Source of the DNA: Myxococcota bacterium
GTDB lineage: Bacteria > Myxococcota_A > UBA9160 > SZUA-336
DNA: 64,000 nt
Direction: 5' to 3'
Assembly: GCA_035499075.1 (NCBI GenBank)
Contig: DATJZN010000022.1
Span: 1,240 to 65,239 of the forward strand
The notes beneath the pieces were generated by a model. The model was not told the origin of the DNA, did no database searches, and saw only the letters and a program-made list of their open reading frames with translations. Of the stretch, positions 24,723-39,555 are shown piece by piece; positions within the stretch are counted from its first letter, which is position 1, and each line of letters starts with the position of its first letter. The translations under genes were made by a program, and so were the position numbers.

Positions 24723-24730
<8 letters not shown>
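23603..24730 (+). CDS. carA: Carbamoyl-phosphate synthase small (glutaminase) subunit
   Basis: GTG 23603 overlaps the pyrC stop. [12 protein letters not shown] and GICLGHQ (Cys nucleophile) present. 375 aa. Confidence 0.96.
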
Positions 24731-27920
<3,190 letters not shown>

Positions 27921-27950
27921 CTCAGCCTCGGGCGGTCGCGCGTCGCTAGC

Positions 27951-30281
27951 GTGTCCTCGTGGCGGGACGCTGTGGCGGCGATTCGGGGACCGCTCGAGTT
28001 CGCGCGCCCCGAGCGCGTGCGGGATCTGGCGGGGACGCTGCGTGGGGCGCTCGCGCGCGCGGCGGAGCTGTGGGTGCCGCCCGACGTGAAGAAGCGGCTC
28101 GCCGAGGCGGGTGCGCGGCTCGAGGCGGGCGCGAGCGCGGAGGTGCTCGACGAGATCGCGCGCATGCTCGCACCGCTGCTCGCCCCGGAGTTCCCCGCGA
28201 GCCGGCTCGCGCATCCCGCGTCGCGCGTGCCCGGCGTCGGGCCGAAGACCGCGCAGGCGCTCGCGCGGAAGGAGATCCGCACGGTCGAGGACCTGTTGTT
28301 CTTCCTGCCGCGCGCGTACCAGGACCGGCGCGAGATCGTGCCGATCGAGAAGCTCGAGGTCGGCCGCACGGCCAGCTTCTCGGGTGAGGTGACACGCAGT
28401 GGCGTCGTCCCGCTGCGGAACGGGAAGAAGTTCTTCCAGGCCGTCGTCTCCGACGGCACGGGCGCGGTGCAGCTGAAGTGGTTCCGCGGCGCCGCGGCGT
28501 TCGAGGCGCGGCTGGTGCCGGGCACACGCCTGCTCGTGTCGGGCGACGTGCGCCGCTACCGCTTCGCGAAAGAGCTGCACCACCCGGACGTCGAGGTCCT
28601 CTCGGCCGAGACCTCGGCGGGCGAGCTGCCGCGCATCGTGGCGAGCTACTCCGCGGTCGAAGGGCTGCCGCCGCGCACGCTGCGGCGCATCGTCGAGTCC
28701 GCGGTGCGCAGCGCCGCCGACCTGGTCGACGGCTTCCTGCCCGCGGCCGCGGCGGCCGAGCTGGGGCTGGCGGAGATCGGCGCCGCCCTGCGCGAGGTGC
28801 ACCTGCCGAGCATCGGCCTCGACCCCGCGAGCTTGCGCGAGCGCAACACGCCGTACCACCTGCGGCTCGTCGCGGAGGAGCTGTTCCTCTTGCAGCTCGG
28901 CCTCGAAGAGCGCCGCCGCGAGCTGCGCACGCTCGCGACCGCCCCGCTCGCGTGGGCGCCAGAGGCCGAAGCGCGCGCCCTCGCGGCGCTGCCGTTCGAG
29001 CTCACCGGGGATCAGAAGCGCGCCTGGCGCGAGATCCAGGCGGATCTCGCGCGCAAGACGCCGATGAACCGGCTCCTCGTGGGCGACGTTGGTACGGGCA
29101 AGACGGTGCTCGCCGTGCTGGCCGCCGCGGCGGCGCACGCCTCGGGCCGCAGCACCGCGTTGCTCGCCCCCACCGAGATCCTGGCCGAGCAGCACGCCGC
29201 CACCCTACACAAGTTGGCGTCACCGCTCGGGCTGCGCTCGGCGCTGGTCACCGGTGCCACTCCGCCGCGCGACCGCCACCTGGCGGCGCGCGCGCTCGAG
29301 TCGGGCGAGCTCGCCGTCGTGGTCGGTACCCACGCGCTCTTCTCCGAGAGCCAGGAGCTGCCGCGGCTCGGCCTCGTGGTCATCGACGAGCAGCACCGCT
29401 TCGGCGTGGCGCAGCGCCGCGCGCTCGCGCGCAAGGCCGAGCACCCGCACCTGCTCGCGATGTCGGCCACGCCGATCCCGCGGTCCCTGGCGCTCACCGT
29501 GTTCGGCGACATGGACCACACCGTGCTGCGCGAGCGCCCGCCGGGCCGCGCGCCGGTCACGACGCGCGTGGTCGCGCCCACCGCCGGCAGGCTCGTGATG
29601 GGCGAGGTCGGCGAGACGCTGCGGCGCGGCGAGCAGCTCTACGTGGTGTACCCGCTGGTCGAGGAGTCCGAGAAGGCGGACCTGAAGGACGCGACGCGCG
29701 GCTTCGAACGGCTGCGCAAGGCGCTGCCGGGCGTGCCCGCCGCGCTGGTGCACGGCCGGCTCGACCGCGCCGAGCGCACGCGCGCGATGGCCGACTTCGC
29801 CGCCGGCCGCGTGCGCGTGCTGGTCGCGACCACCGTGATCGAGGTCGGGGTCGACGTCCCGAACGCGACGCTCCTGATCGTGCAGCACGCAGAGCGCTTC
29901 GGGCTCGCGCAGCTGCACCAGCTGCGCGGGCGCGTCGGGCGCGGCGGCCGGCCGGGCAGGGCGTTCTTCATCGCGGAGCCGACGACACCGGAAGGTGTCG
30001 AGCGGCTCGCGATTCTGGAGCAGAGCGCGTCGGGTTTCGACATCGCCGAAGCCGACCTGCGGATCCGCGGCGCCGGCGAGTGGCTGGGCACGCGCCAGGC
30101 CGGCCACCTGCCCGAGCTGCGCCTGGCCGACCTGGTCCGCCACGGCGAGTACCTGGCGGCGGCCCGCGACGCCGCCGCGGCGCTCCTGGCCCGCGACCCG
30201 CAGCTCGCGCGCGAGCCCGGCCTGCGCGAGGCGGTCGCGCGCCGCTGGGGCGCGCGGCTCGAGCTCGCGGGCGCCTCCTAG
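27951..30281 (+). CDS. recG: ATP-dependent DNA helicase RecG
   Basis: 776 aa, Walker A GDVGTGKT, DEQHRFG, QLHQLRGRVGRG, and a wedge-domain region. Confidence 0.95.
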   Translation: MSSWRDAVAAIRGPLEFARPERVRDLAGTLRGALARAAELWVPPDVKKRLAEAGARLEAGASAEVLDEIARMLAPLLAPEFPASRLAHPASRVPGVGPKTAQALARKEIRTVEDLLFFLPRAYQDRREIVPIEKLEVGRTASFSGEVTRSGVVPLRNGKKFFQAVVSDGTGAVQLKWFRGAAAFEARLVPGTRLLVSGDVRRYRFAKELHHPDVEVLSAETSAGELPRIVASYSAVEGLPPRTLRRIVESAVRSAADLVDGFLPAAAAAELGLAEIGAALREVHLPSIGLDPASLRERNTPYHLRLVAEELFLLQLGLEERRRELRTLATAPLAWAPEAEARALAALPFELTGDQKRAWREIQADLARKTPMNRLLVGDVGTGKTVLAVLAAAAAHASGRSTALLAPTEILAEQHAATLHKLASPLGLRSALVTGATPPRDRHLAARALESGELAVVVGTHALFSESQELPRLGLVVIDEQHRFGVAQRRALARKAEHPHLLAMSATPIPRSLALTVFGDMDHTVLRERPPGRAPVTTRVVAPTAGRLVMGEVGETLRRGEQLYVVYPLVEESEKADLKDATRGFERLRKALPGVPAALVHGRLDRAERTRAMADFAAGRVRVLVATTVIEVGVDVPNATLLIVQHAERFGLAQLHQLRGRVGRGGRPGRAFFIAEPTTPEGVERLAILEQSASGFDIAEADLRIRGAGEWLGTRQAGHLPELRLADLVRHGEYLAAARDAAAALLARDPQLAREPGLREAVARRWGARLELAGAS

Positions 30282-30324
30282 CTCTCTGGCAGCGCCTCTC
30301 CCACTCGAATATCCTGGCGCTCCC

Positions 30325-31242
30325 ATGCCCGATTCCTCTGCACAGGCGCGGGTCTCCGCGCTCCGGGCCACGCCCTTCGCACGGCCCGAGCTGCGCCTCC
30401 CGGCGCACTGCAAGAGCCCGGCGCGCCCGTCGCCCGCGGTGTTCGAGATGAAGCGCATGCTGCGCAGGCGCGGGCTCCACTCGGTGTGCGAAGAGGCGCG
30501 CTGCCCGAACCTGGCCGAGTGCTTTGCGCGCGGCACGGTCACGTTCATGCTGCTCGGCGACGTGTGCACGCGCGCGTGTCGCTTCTGTCACGTCGCGACG
30601 GGCCTCGGCCGGCCGGTCGACCCGCGCGAGCCGGAGCAGGTGGCCGAGGCCGCCGCCGAGCTCGGGCTCCGCCACGTGGTGCTGACCAGTGTGAACCGGG
30701 ACGACCTGCCGGACCAGGGCTCGGAGCAGTTCGCGCGGACGATCGCGGCTCTCCGCGTTCGCGCGCCGAGCGCCTCCGTCGAGGTGCTGACGCCCGACTT
30801 CCGCGGCGACGCCGAGTGCATCGACCGCGTCTGCGCTGCCGGGCCCGAGGTCTACAACCACAACCTCGAGACCGTGCCGCGGCTGTATCGCCAGGTGCGG
30901 ATCGGCGCGCGGTACGACCGCTCGCTGGCGCTGCTGGCGCGCGTGAAGGCGCGGCGGCCGCAGGCGCTCGCCAAGTCGGGGCTCATGCTCGGGCTCGGCG
31001 AGACGCGCGATGAGCTCCTCGCCGTGTGCCGCGACCTGCGCGCCGCGGGCGTCGACTTTCTCACGCTCGGCCAGTACCTGCGCCCGACCTTGTCGCATCT
31101 GCCGGTGGCGCGCTACGTCGAGCCGCTCGAGTTCACCGAGCTCGCGGGCGAGGCGCGCGCGCTCGGCTTCCGCCACGTCGAGAGCGGTCCTCTCGTGCGC
31201 AGCTCCTTCCACGCCGATACTGCGCTGGAGCTCCTGTCATGA
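30325..31242 (+). CDS. lipA: Lipoyl synthase
   Basis: ATG 30325. CEEARCPNLAEC and CTRACRFC (radical SAM CxxxCxxC) motifs. It is the C-terminal part of track ORF 29995..31242. Confidence 0.95.
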   Translation: MPDSSAQARVSALRATPFARPELRLPAHCKSPARPSPAVFEMKRMLRRRGLHSVCEEARCPNLAECFARGTVTFMLLGDVCTRACRFCHVATGLGRPVDPREPEQVAEAAAELGLRHVVLTSVNRDDLPDQGSEQFARTIAALRVRAPSASVEVLTPDFRGDAECIDRVCAAGPEVYNHNLETVPRLYRQVRIGARYDRSLALLARVKARRPQALAKSGLMLGLGETRDELLAVCRDLRAAGVDFLTLGQYLRPTLSHLPVARYVEPLEFTELAGEARALGFRHVESGPLVRSSFHADTALELLS

Positions 31243-32411
31243 AGTTCGAGAAGCTGGACCGGCTGCCGCCGTACGTGCTCGCGATCGTGAACGACTTGAA
31301 GGCGCGCGCGCGGCGCGCCGGCGAGGACGTGATCGACCTCGGCTTCGGCAACCCGAATCACCCGACGCCGCCGCACGTCGTCGAGAAGCTCGTCGAGGCC
31401 GCCCGCGATCCGCGCAACCACCACTACTCGGCGTCGCGCGGGCTGCCGAACCTGCGCCGCGCGATGGCCCGCTGGTACGCCCGCCGCTACCAGGTGACGC
31501 TCGACCCCGAGACGCAGGTGATCTCGACGATCGGCGCGAAGGAAGGCCTGTCGCACTTCGTGCTGGCGGGCATCTCGCCGGGTGACACCGTTCTGTGTCC
31601 CGACCCGTGCTATCCGATCCACAGCTTCTCGGTGCTGATCGCCGGCGGGGACCTGTGCCGCGTGCCGCTGCACCCGCTGGACGACCTGGTCGGCCGGCTC
31701 GAAGAGGCCGCGCGCTCGCTCAACCCGCGGCCGAAGCTGCTCATCGCGTCGTTCCCGCACAACCCGACGACGGCCACGGTGGACCTCGCGTACCTGACCC
31801 GGCTCGTCGACTTCTGCCGCCGCAACGACATGGTGCTCGTGCACGATCTCGCGTACGCGGAGATCTGCTACGACGGCTACGTGCCGCCGAGCGTGCTGCA
31901 GGTGCCCGGCGCTTTCGAGTGCGCGATCGAGTTCACCTCGCTTTCGAAGTCGCACGCCATGGCCGGCTGGCGCGTCGGCTTCGCGGCGGGCAATCCCGAG
32001 CTCGTGCGCGTGCTCGCGCGCGTGAAGAGCTACCTCGACTACGGGACGTTCCAGCCGATCCAGATCGCCACGATCATCGCGCTCGACGGCCCGCAGGACT
32101 TCGTGGCCGAGATCGTCGAGGACTACCGGCAGCGCCGGAACGCGCTCGTCGACGGGCTGGAGCAGGCCAGCTGGAAGATCGAGAAGCCGCTGGGCACGAT
32201 GTTCGTGTGGGCGCCCGTGCCCGAGCGCTTCGCGGAGCTGGGCTCGCTCGAATTCTCGAAGCTGCTGCTCGAGCAGGCCCAGGTCGCGGTCGCGCCGGGC
32301 GTGGGCTTCGGCCCGGCCGGCGAGGGCTTCGTGCGCTTCGCGCTCGTCGAGAACACGCACCGCATCCGCCAGGCGGTGCGCAGCATGCGCCGGCTCCTGC
32401 GCGATGGCTGA
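31239..32411 (+). CDS. Class I PLP-dependent aminotransferase (AlaC/AspC-like)
   Basis: ATG 31239 overlaps the lipA stop. SLSKSHAMAGWRVG PLP-lysine motif. An aminotransferase-hom-thrC order is known from other bacteria. Confidence 0.9.
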   Translation: MKFEKLDRLPPYVLAIVNDLKARARRAGEDVIDLGFGNPNHPTPPHVVEKLVEAARDPRNHHYSASRGLPNLRRAMARWYARRYQVTLDPETQVISTIGAKEGLSHFVLAGISPGDTVLCPDPCYPIHSFSVLIAGGDLCRVPLHPLDDLVGRLEEAARSLNPRPKLLIASFPHNPTTATVDLAYLTRLVDFCRRNDMVLVHDLAYAEICYDGYVPPSVLQVPGAFECAIEFTSLSKSHAMAGWRVGFAAGNPELVRVLARVKSYLDYGTFQPIQIATIIALDGPQDFVAEIVEDYRQRRNALVDGLEQASWKIEKPLGTMFVWAPVPERFAELGSLEFSKLLLEQAQVAVAPGVGFGPAGEGFVRFALVENTHRIRQAVRSMRRLLRDG

Positions 32412-33711
32412 GCGCGCGGTGCGCGTCGGGCTGGTCGGGCTCGGCACGATCGGGACCGGGCTCGTGCGCGCGCTGCAGTCGCACGGCGAGCTCGTGCGCG
32501 AGCGGCTCGGCTTCCCGCTCGAGCTCGCGCGCATCGCCGACATCGATCTCGAGCGCGACCGCGGCGTGCCGCTGTCGGGCTACGCGCTGTCGCGAGATTG
32601 GCGCGAGCTCGTCGACGACCCGTCGCTCGACGTGGTAGTCGAGCTCGTCGGCGGCACGCGCGTCGCGCGCGACGTCGTGCTCGCGGCGCTCGACTCGGGC
32701 AAGCACGTCGTCACCGCCAACAAGGCGCTGCTCGCGACGCACGGCGCCGAGATCTTCGCGCTGGCGGCGTCGAAGCGCAGCGAGATCGCGTTCGAGGCGA
32801 GCGTGGGCGGCACCATTCCGGTGCTGCGCGCGCTGCGCGAAGGCCTGTGCGCCGACCGCGTGTTGTCCGTGCACGGCATCGTGAACGGCACCTGCAACTT
32901 CATCCTCACGCAGATGGAGGCGAACGGCGAGCCGTACGAAGTGTGTCTCAAGCGCGCGCAGGAGCTCGGCTACGCCGAGCCCGACCCGAGCTTCGACGTC
33001 GACGGCGTCGACTCGGCGCACAAGCTCGCGATCCTGGTCGGGCTGGCGTTTGGCGAGCGGCTGGCGCCCGACTCGTTTCCGATCGATGGCATCCGCCGCA
33101 TCGTGCCCGCCGACATCGAGTACGCGCGGCGCATCGGCCTGCGCATCAAGCTGCTCGCGGTGGCCAAGCGGACCGACCCCGGCATCGAGGCGCGCGTCGC
33201 GCCCGTGATGATCCCGCGCGACACCGTGCTCGCGGGCGTCGACGGCTCGATGAACGCCGTAGAGGTGCGCGGCGAGCTCTCGGGCCCGACGCTCTACTAC
33301 GGCGCGGGCGCCGGCGCGCTGCCCACCGCGAGCGCGGTGCTGTCCGACCTGATGGAGCTGGCGCGCGCGCACAGGCTGGGCGCCGCCGGCCGCGTGCCGC
33401 CGTTCGGCACGCCCGAGCCGCGCAACGCAGTTCTGTGTCCCCCGGGCGAGGAGCGCGGCGAGTACTACGTGCGCTTCACGGCGCTCGACAAGCCGGGCGT
33501 GCTGTCGCGGATCACGGGCGCGCTCGGCGCGCGCGGCATCTCGATCGCCAGCGTGCTGCAGGAGGAGCGCCACGAGTCGCGCGCCGTGCCCATCGTGCTG
33601 ACGGTCCACGAGGCGCGGCTCGCCGACCTGGACGCGGCGCTCGCCGACATCGCGCGGCTGCCGGAAGTGGTCGCGCCTGCGCAGAAGATCCGCATCGAGC
33701 GGGAGCTCTAG
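32404..33711 (+). CDS. hom: Homoserine dehydrogenase
   Basis: 435 aa with N-terminal [11 protein letters not shown], the catalytic domain, and a C-terminal ACT domain. Confidence 0.96.
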   Translation: MAERAVRVGLVGLGTIGTGLVRALQSHGELVRERLGFPLELARIADIDLERDRGVPLSGYALSRDWRELVDDPSLDVVVELVGGTRVARDVVLAALDSGKHVVTANKALLATHGAEIFALAASKRSEIAFEASVGGTIPVLRALREGLCADRVLSVHGIVNGTCNFILTQMEANGEPYEVCLKRAQELGYAEPDPSFDVDGVDSAHKLAILVGLAFGERLAPDSFPIDGIRRIVPADIEYARRIGLRIKLLAVAKRTDPGIEARVAPVMIPRDTVLAGVDGSMNAVEVRGELSGPTLYYGAGAGALPTASAVLSDLMELARAHRLGAAGRVPPFGTPEPRNAVLCPPGEERGEYYVRFTALDKPGVLSRITGALGARGISIASVLQEERHESRAVPIVLTVHEARLADLDAALADIARLPEVVAPAQKIRIEREL

Positions 33712-33712
33712 C

Positions 33713-35083
33713 ATGCCGACTCAACCGACCCCGAAGTACGACGCCTGGTTCGAGTGCGCCCGCGGCTGCGAAGGCCGCTGGGAGCTCACCGAGGTCATCT
33801 ATCGCTGCCCGCACTGCGAAGGCCTGCTCACGGTGCAGCACGACCTCGAGCGGCTCAAGAAGACCCCGCCGCAGAAGTGGATGAAGATCTTCGAGTCGCG
33901 CGCGCACTCGACGGAGTGGCCGTACGGCTCCGGCGTGTGGGGCAAGCGCGAGCTCGTCTGCCCGATCGTGGCCGAGGAGAACGTCGTCTCGATGTTCGAG
34001 GGCCACACCAATCTGTTCTGGGCCAAGCGCCTGGGCGAGATGTGGGGCGTCGACGACCTCTGGGTGAAGCAGTGCGGCAACTCGCATACGGGCAGCTTCA
34101 AGGACCTGGGTATGACCGTGCTCGTGTCGGTCGTGAACGAGATCCGGAAGCGCGACCCGAATCGCATCCGCGCCGTGGCGTGTGCGTCGACCGGCGACAC
34201 GTCGGCCGCGCTCGCGGCCTACGCGGCGTACGCGGGCATTCCCGCGGTGGTGTTGCTCCCGCGCGACAAGGTCTCGCTCGCGCAGCTCTTGCAGCCCGTC
34301 GCCAACGGCGCGATCACGCTGTCGCTCGAGACCGACTTCGACGGCTGCATGGCCATCGTGCAGAAGATCGCGGAGCGCGACGGCATCTACCTGGCGAACT
34401 CGATGAACAGCCTGCGCATCGAGGGCCAGAAGACGGTCGGCATGGAGATCGTGCAGCAGTTCGACTGGGAGGTGCCCGACTGGATCGTGATTCCGGGCGG
34501 CAACCTCGGCAACGTGTCGGCGCTCGGGAAGGGCCTGCTCGAGTGGCTCGAGCTCGGCATCATCGACCGGCTGCCGCGCATCTGTTGCGCGCAGGCCGCC
34601 AACGCGAACCCGCTCTACAAGAGCTACCTGACCGACTACGAGAAGTACGAGCCGATGATGGCGCTGCCGACGCTCGCGTCGGCGATCCAGATCGGCAACC
34701 CGGTGTCGATCGACCGCGCGATCGCAACCCTGCGCCGCTTCGACGGCATCGTCGAACAGGCGACCGAGGACGAGCTCGCCGAAGCCGCGGCCGCGGGCGA
34801 CCGCACGGGCTTGTTCAACTGCCCGCACACCGGCGTGGCTCTCGCGGCGCTGCACAAGCTGATCCGCCGCGGCGAGGTGAAGCGCGACCAGCGCGTGGTC
34901 GTGATCTCGACGGCGCACGGGCTCAAGTTCACCGACTTCAAGCGCAGCTATCACGCGGGCCAGCTGGATGCGATCGAGTCGCGGCATGCGAATCCGCCGA
35001 TCTCGCTGCCGGCGCGCTACGAGGACGTGCGGGGCGAGATCTTCCGGCAGATCGAGCTGCGCTTCGGAGCTCAGGAAGCATAG
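33713..35083 (+). CDS. thrC: Threonine synthase (with N-terminal Cys4 ribbon)
   Basis: 456 aa. PLP lysine context [10 protein letters not shown]-terminal C..GC...CPHC. Confidence 0.94.
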   Translation: MPTQPTPKYDAWFECARGCEGRWELTEVIYRCPHCEGLLTVQHDLERLKKTPPQKWMKIFESRAHSTEWPYGSGVWGKRELVCPIVAEENVVSMFEGHTNLFWAKRLGEMWGVDDLWVKQCGNSHTGSFKDLGMTVLVSVVNEIRKRDPNRIRAVACASTGDTSAALAAYAAYAGIPAVVLLPRDKVSLAQLLQPVANGAITLSLETDFDGCMAIVQKIAERDGIYLANSMNSLRIEGQKTVGMEIVQQFDWEVPDWIVIPGGNLGNVSALGKGLLEWLELGIIDRLPRICCAQAANANPLYKSYLTDYEKYEPMMALPTLASAIQIGNPVSIDRAIATLRRFDGIVEQATEDELAEAAAAGDRTGLFNCPHTGVALAALHKLIRRGEVKRDQRVVVISTAHGLKFTDFKRSYHAGQLDAIESRHANPPISLPARYEDVRGEIFRQIELRFGAQEA

Positions 35084-35094
35084 GAGAGGGAGGC

Positions 35095-36051
<957 letters not shown>

Positions 36052-36060
36052 CGGGCACGC

Positions 36061-36672
36061 GTGTTCACCGGGATCGTCGAGCGCACGGCGCGCATCACGC
36101 GGCTCGAGCCCGTCGCCGGGCGCGTCGAGCTCGAGGTCGAGCTGGGTGCGGACGTCGCCGGCGAGGTGCGGATCGGCGACAGCATCGCGCTCTCGGGCAC
36201 CTGTCTCACGGTCGTCGCCGTGCGCGGGTCGAACGTCGCGTTCCAGGTCGTGCCCGAGTCGCTGCGCGTCACTTCCCTCGGCGCGCGGAAGGTCGGCGGA
36301 ACGCTCAACGTCGAGCGCGCGATGCGCGCCGACGCGCGCCTGGACGGCCACATCGTGCAGGGGCACGTCGACGGCGTGGGCACGGTGCGCGAGGTGCGGG
36401 CCGACGGCGACGACCGGCTGGTGCACATCGAGTGCTCGAGAGACCTCGCCGAGCAGCTCGTGCCCAAAGGCTCGATCGCGGTCGAAGGCGTGTCGCTCAC
36501 CGCGGTGTCGCCCGATGCCACGGGCTTCTGGGTGGCGCTGATCCCCCACACGCGCGCGGTCACGACGCTGGGCGCGCTCGAACCCGGCCAGCCGGTGAAT
36601 CTCGAGCTCGACGTACTGGGCAAGTACGTGTTCCGGTATCTCGCGCAGCGTGCCTCCCGCGCGGATTCTTGA
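36061..36672 (+). CDS. ribE: Riboflavin synthase alpha chain
   Basis: 203 aa, MFTGIVE start, duplicated lumazine-binding halves (SLTV). Confidence 0.95.
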   Translation: MFTGIVERTARITRLEPVAGRVELEVELGADVAGEVRIGDSIALSGTCLTVVAVRGSNVAFQVVPESLRVTSLGARKVGGTLNVERAMRADARLDGHIVQGHVDGVGTVREVRADGDDRLVHIECSRDLAEQLVPKGSIAVEGVSLTAVSPDATGFWVALIPHTRAVTTLGALEPGQPVNLELDVLGKYVFRYLAQRASRADS

Positions 36673-36781
36673 CCCCCCGACGGCGTGGTGAGACACTCGA
36701 AAGCGTAGTCTCCGCGCGGTTCAACGGGGTGCGCCTGCGGATTTTTCAGCGCCGAACGGACGAGCGGGTCAGGAGTCGTCG

Positions 36782-37015
36782 ATGAAGGAACTGGTCGAGA
36801 TGATCGTCAAGGCGTTGGTCGACCAGCCCGAGGCCGTCGAGATCACCGAGATCAAGGGCAACCACGCGCACGTGATCGAGCTGAACGTCGCGAAGGAAGA
36901 CTTGGGGAAGGTGATCGGCAAGGGCGGCGCACACGCGTCGGCGATTCGCACCATCCTGGCCGCGGCGAGCGGCAAGGAGAACAAGCGGTACATCCTCGAG
37001 ATCATCGAGCACTGA
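36782..37015 (+). CDS. KH-domain RNA-binding protein (YlqC/KhpA family)
   Basis: 77 aa with GKVIGKGG GxxG loop. AGGAG lies upstream. Confidence 0.88.
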   Translation: MKELVEMIVKALVDQPEAVEITEIKGNHAHVIELNVAKEDLGKVIGKGGAHASAIRTILAAASGKENKRYILEIIEH

Positions 37016-37035
37016 CGGATGCAGCGCGCGGCACC

Positions 37036-38778
37036 GTGAGCGAGCGGGCGCTGCGCAGCGTGGAGGCGCTGCGCGGCGGCGGCGCGGCGGCGCCGGTCGT
37101 GGCGGAAGAGGACCGCGCGGAGCGCGCGCTCTGGCTGCAGCGCAGCGAATGGCTCGAGGCATTGGCGCGCCGCGAGAACGCCTACACCGCCGGCGAGCGC
37201 CTGTGGCGCGCCAGCGAGCAGTGGATCCCCGCGCTCGCCGAGCTGGCGCAGGACCCGAGCGTGCTCCTGGCCGAGCTGCCGATGTGGGCGCGCTTCATCG
37301 ACCGACACTCCAGCGTGACGGTGCAGCCGGCGGGCGACGACGCGCACGTCTTCTGGTCGAACGTGCCGGGCTACGCGCCCGACGGCTCGGAGTGCGAGTT
37401 CCGTCTCGGCGCGCTGCGTGCGCTCCTGCTCAGCTGCGCGGGCGACGAAGCCGTCGCGGTGGCGCACGTCGAGTGCGCGGCGCGGGGCGGTGACCGCTGC
37501 CGCTACGACGTGCTCGATTGGATCCCGTGCCGCGACCGCCGGCATGAGCGCGCGCTGCGCGAGGCGAGCCTGCTCGCGAGCGACCTGGAGGGGCGCGCGG
37601 CGCTGCAGCGGCGCCTCGGCGCGATGGCGCTGCGGGCGGCGCCGCTGCCCGACTTGCGCGAGCTCAGCGCCGTGCGCCGCTTCCTCGAAGAGGTAGAGGA
37701 CATCATCCTGGTGTTCGACCGCGAGCTCGAGGTGCTCGACGCCAACCGCTCGGCGCTCCACTTCTCGGGCATGTCGCTCGCCGAGCTGCAGGGCATGTCG
37801 GTGCAGGACCTGCTCACCGAAGAATCGTGGCAGCGCGTGCGCGCTCTGCTGCCGCGGCTCGGCCAGGCGGGCGCGCTGCGCTCGGTGCACCTCGACGCCC
37901 GCACGCGCCGGGGCGAGGCCACGCTGGAAGTCTCGGCGCGCGTGTCCGCGAGCGGCGAGTCGATCGTCTGCATCGCGCGCGACATCACGGGGCGGCTCGC
38001 GCTCGAGCGCGAGCTCGCCAGCCGCAACCTACAGCTGCGGGAACAGAACGAGCGCATCGCGGACGCCGACCGCATGAAGTCCGAGTTCCTCGCGAACGTG
38101 AGCCACGAGCTCACCACGCCGCTCACCAGCATCAAGGGCTTCGCGAAGCTCTTGCGCGGCGACGTCTCGGCCGAGCTGCACGGCGGCGTGCGCCTCGGTG
38201 CGGAGCAGCGCGCCGAGTTCCTCGCGCTCGTCGAGCGCGAGGCGGCGCGCATGCAGGGGCTCATCCAGGGCCTGCTCGAGCTGTCGAACCTGGAAGCCGG
38301 CGGCGTGGCGCTGGGGCGCAAGCGCGTGGCGCTCGGGGCCGTCGTCGAAGAGTGCGTGCAGATCCTGAAGCCGCGGCTCGACGACGCGGGCCTCGCGCTC
38401 GAGCTCGCGCTCGACCCCGGCCTGCCGCTGGCGTGGCTCGACCCCGACCGCGTGAAGCAAGTCGTGCTGAACCTGCTCGAGAACGCCGCCAAGTTCAGCG
38501 CACGCGGCTCGCGCATCGACGTGCGCACGCGGCTCGCGGGTACGACGATCGAGCTGGGTGTCTCCAATCCGTGTAACGAGCTCGAGCCCGGCGACCTCGA
38601 GCGCATCTTCGCGCGCTTCGTCCAGCGCGACGGTTCATACACGCGCAAGTACGGCGGCGTAGGCCTGGGGCTCAACCTGGTGCGCGCGATCGCGGAGCTG
38701 CACGGCGGCCGCGCATGGGCGGAGCTTCGCGAAGGCGGACGCGTGGAGTTCCTCGTGCGCTTGCCGGTCGGTGAATGA
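37036..38778 (+). CDS. Sensor histidine kinase with V4R-like and PAS sensor domains
   Basis: 580 aa. CEFRLGALRALL...VECAARGGDRCRY is a V4R-like Cys pattern. Also PAS, H-box FLANVSHELTTPL, and N/G1/G2 boxes. Confidence 0.88.
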   Translation: MSERALRSVEALRGGGAAAPVVAEEDRAERALWLQRSEWLEALARRENAYTAGERLWRASEQWIPALAELAQDPSVLLAELPMWARFIDRHSSVTVQPAGDDAHVFWSNVPGYAPDGSECEFRLGALRALLLSCAGDEAVAVAHVECAARGGDRCRYDVLDWIPCRDRRHERALREASLLASDLEGRAALQRRLGAMALRAAPLPDLRELSAVRRFLEEVEDIILVFDRELEVLDANRSALHFSGMSLAELQGMSVQDLLTEESWQRVRALLPRLGQAGALRSVHLDARTRRGEATLEVSARVSASGESIVCIARDITGRLALERELASRNLQLREQNERIADADRMKSEFLANVSHELTTPLTSIKGFAKLLRGDVSAELHGGVRLGAEQRAEFLALVEREAARMQGLIQGLLELSNLEAGGVALGRKRVALGAVVEECVQILKPRLDDAGLALELALDPGLPLAWLDPDRVKQVVLNLLENAAKFSARGSRIDVRTRLAGTTIELGVSNPCNELEPGDLERIFARFVQRDGSYTRKYGGVGLGLNLVRAIAELHGGRAWAELREGGRVEFLVRLPVGE

Positions 38779-38858
38779 CCCAACGAGTGTGATCTTCGAC
38801 CACTCATCCCCGGCGGAGTTCGGCCGATAAGGGCCCGCGAGGGGATGGAAGGGAGTCG

Positions 38859-39362
38859 ATGGCAACACCGATGCAGCCGAACGGCGAATTCACCCCGGAA
38901 GAGCACCACCGGCGCGGACTGGCGCTGCTCGAGGCGGGGCACGGTCACGAGGGCTTCGAGCACCTGAGCCGCGCCTATCTGATCGATCCTCAGAACGCGC
39001 GCTTCCGCTCCTCGTACGCGCTCGCGCTCGCGCTCGTGCGCGGCCAGTTCCTGGGTGCGGTCGAGCTCGCGCGCGCCGCAGTGCGACAGGAGTTCTACAA
39101 CCCGGATCTGTACCTGAACCTCGCGCGCATCTACCTCGCGTTCGACTTCAAAGCCGACGCGATCCGGTTCCTGCGCCGCGGGCTGATGGTCGATCCCGAG
39201 AACGCTGCGGTGCAGCGGCGCCTCGCGGATCTCGGCATCCGCCGACGCCCGCCGATCCGCTTCCTGCCGCGCAATCACGCGATCAACCGCTTCCTCGGGC
39301 GCATGCAGGCGCGCGTGCTCGGACGCGCGGCGTGGGTCGCAACTCGCATGCAAGGCGCTTGA
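38859..39362 (+). CDS. TPR-like repeat protein
   Basis: 167 aa of helical repeat sequence, with GGAAGGGAG upstream. No specific family was recognised. Confidence 0.7.
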   Translation: MATPMQPNGEFTPEEHHRRGLALLEAGHGHEGFEHLSRAYLIDPQNARFRSSYALALALVRGQFLGAVELARAAVRQEFYNPDLYLNLARIYLAFDFKADAIRFLRRGLMVDPENAAVQRRLADLGIRRRPPIRFLPRNHAINRFLGRMQARVLGRAAWVATRMQGA

Positions 39363-39386
39363 CAGGGTGCTGCACACGGATAACTT
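39359..39386 (+). promoter_or_regulatory. Candidate promoter for the bS22 micro-gene
   Basis: Consensus TTGACA (39359-39364), 16-nt spacer, TAACTT (39381-39386). It overlaps the stop of the TPR gene. Confidence 0.4.
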
Positions 39387-39419
39387 CGGCCGCCACTCGC
39401 TTCGGAGGCCGTAGTTTCC

Positions 39420-39515
39420 GTGGGCAGCGTCATCAAGAAGCGCCGCAAGAAGATGCGCAAGCACAAGTACCGGAAGCTGCGCGCGCGCAACCGCCACAAG
39501 CGGAACAAGCGCTAG
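39420..39515 (+). CDS. Ribosomal protein bS22-like (AURKAIP1/COX24-type) 31-aa polybasic protein
   Basis: Not in the ORF track. GGAGG lies 11 nt upstream. GTG to TAG reads (M)GSVIKKRRKKMRKHKYRKLRARNRHKRNKR, matching the MGSVIKKRRKRM... signature of actinobacterial bS22. Confidence 0.8.
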   Translation: MGSVIKKRRKKMRKHKYRKLRARNRHKRNKR

Positions 39516-39555
39516 CGAGAGCCGCTCCGACACGCCGCGCAGCGCGGCGTGACAC

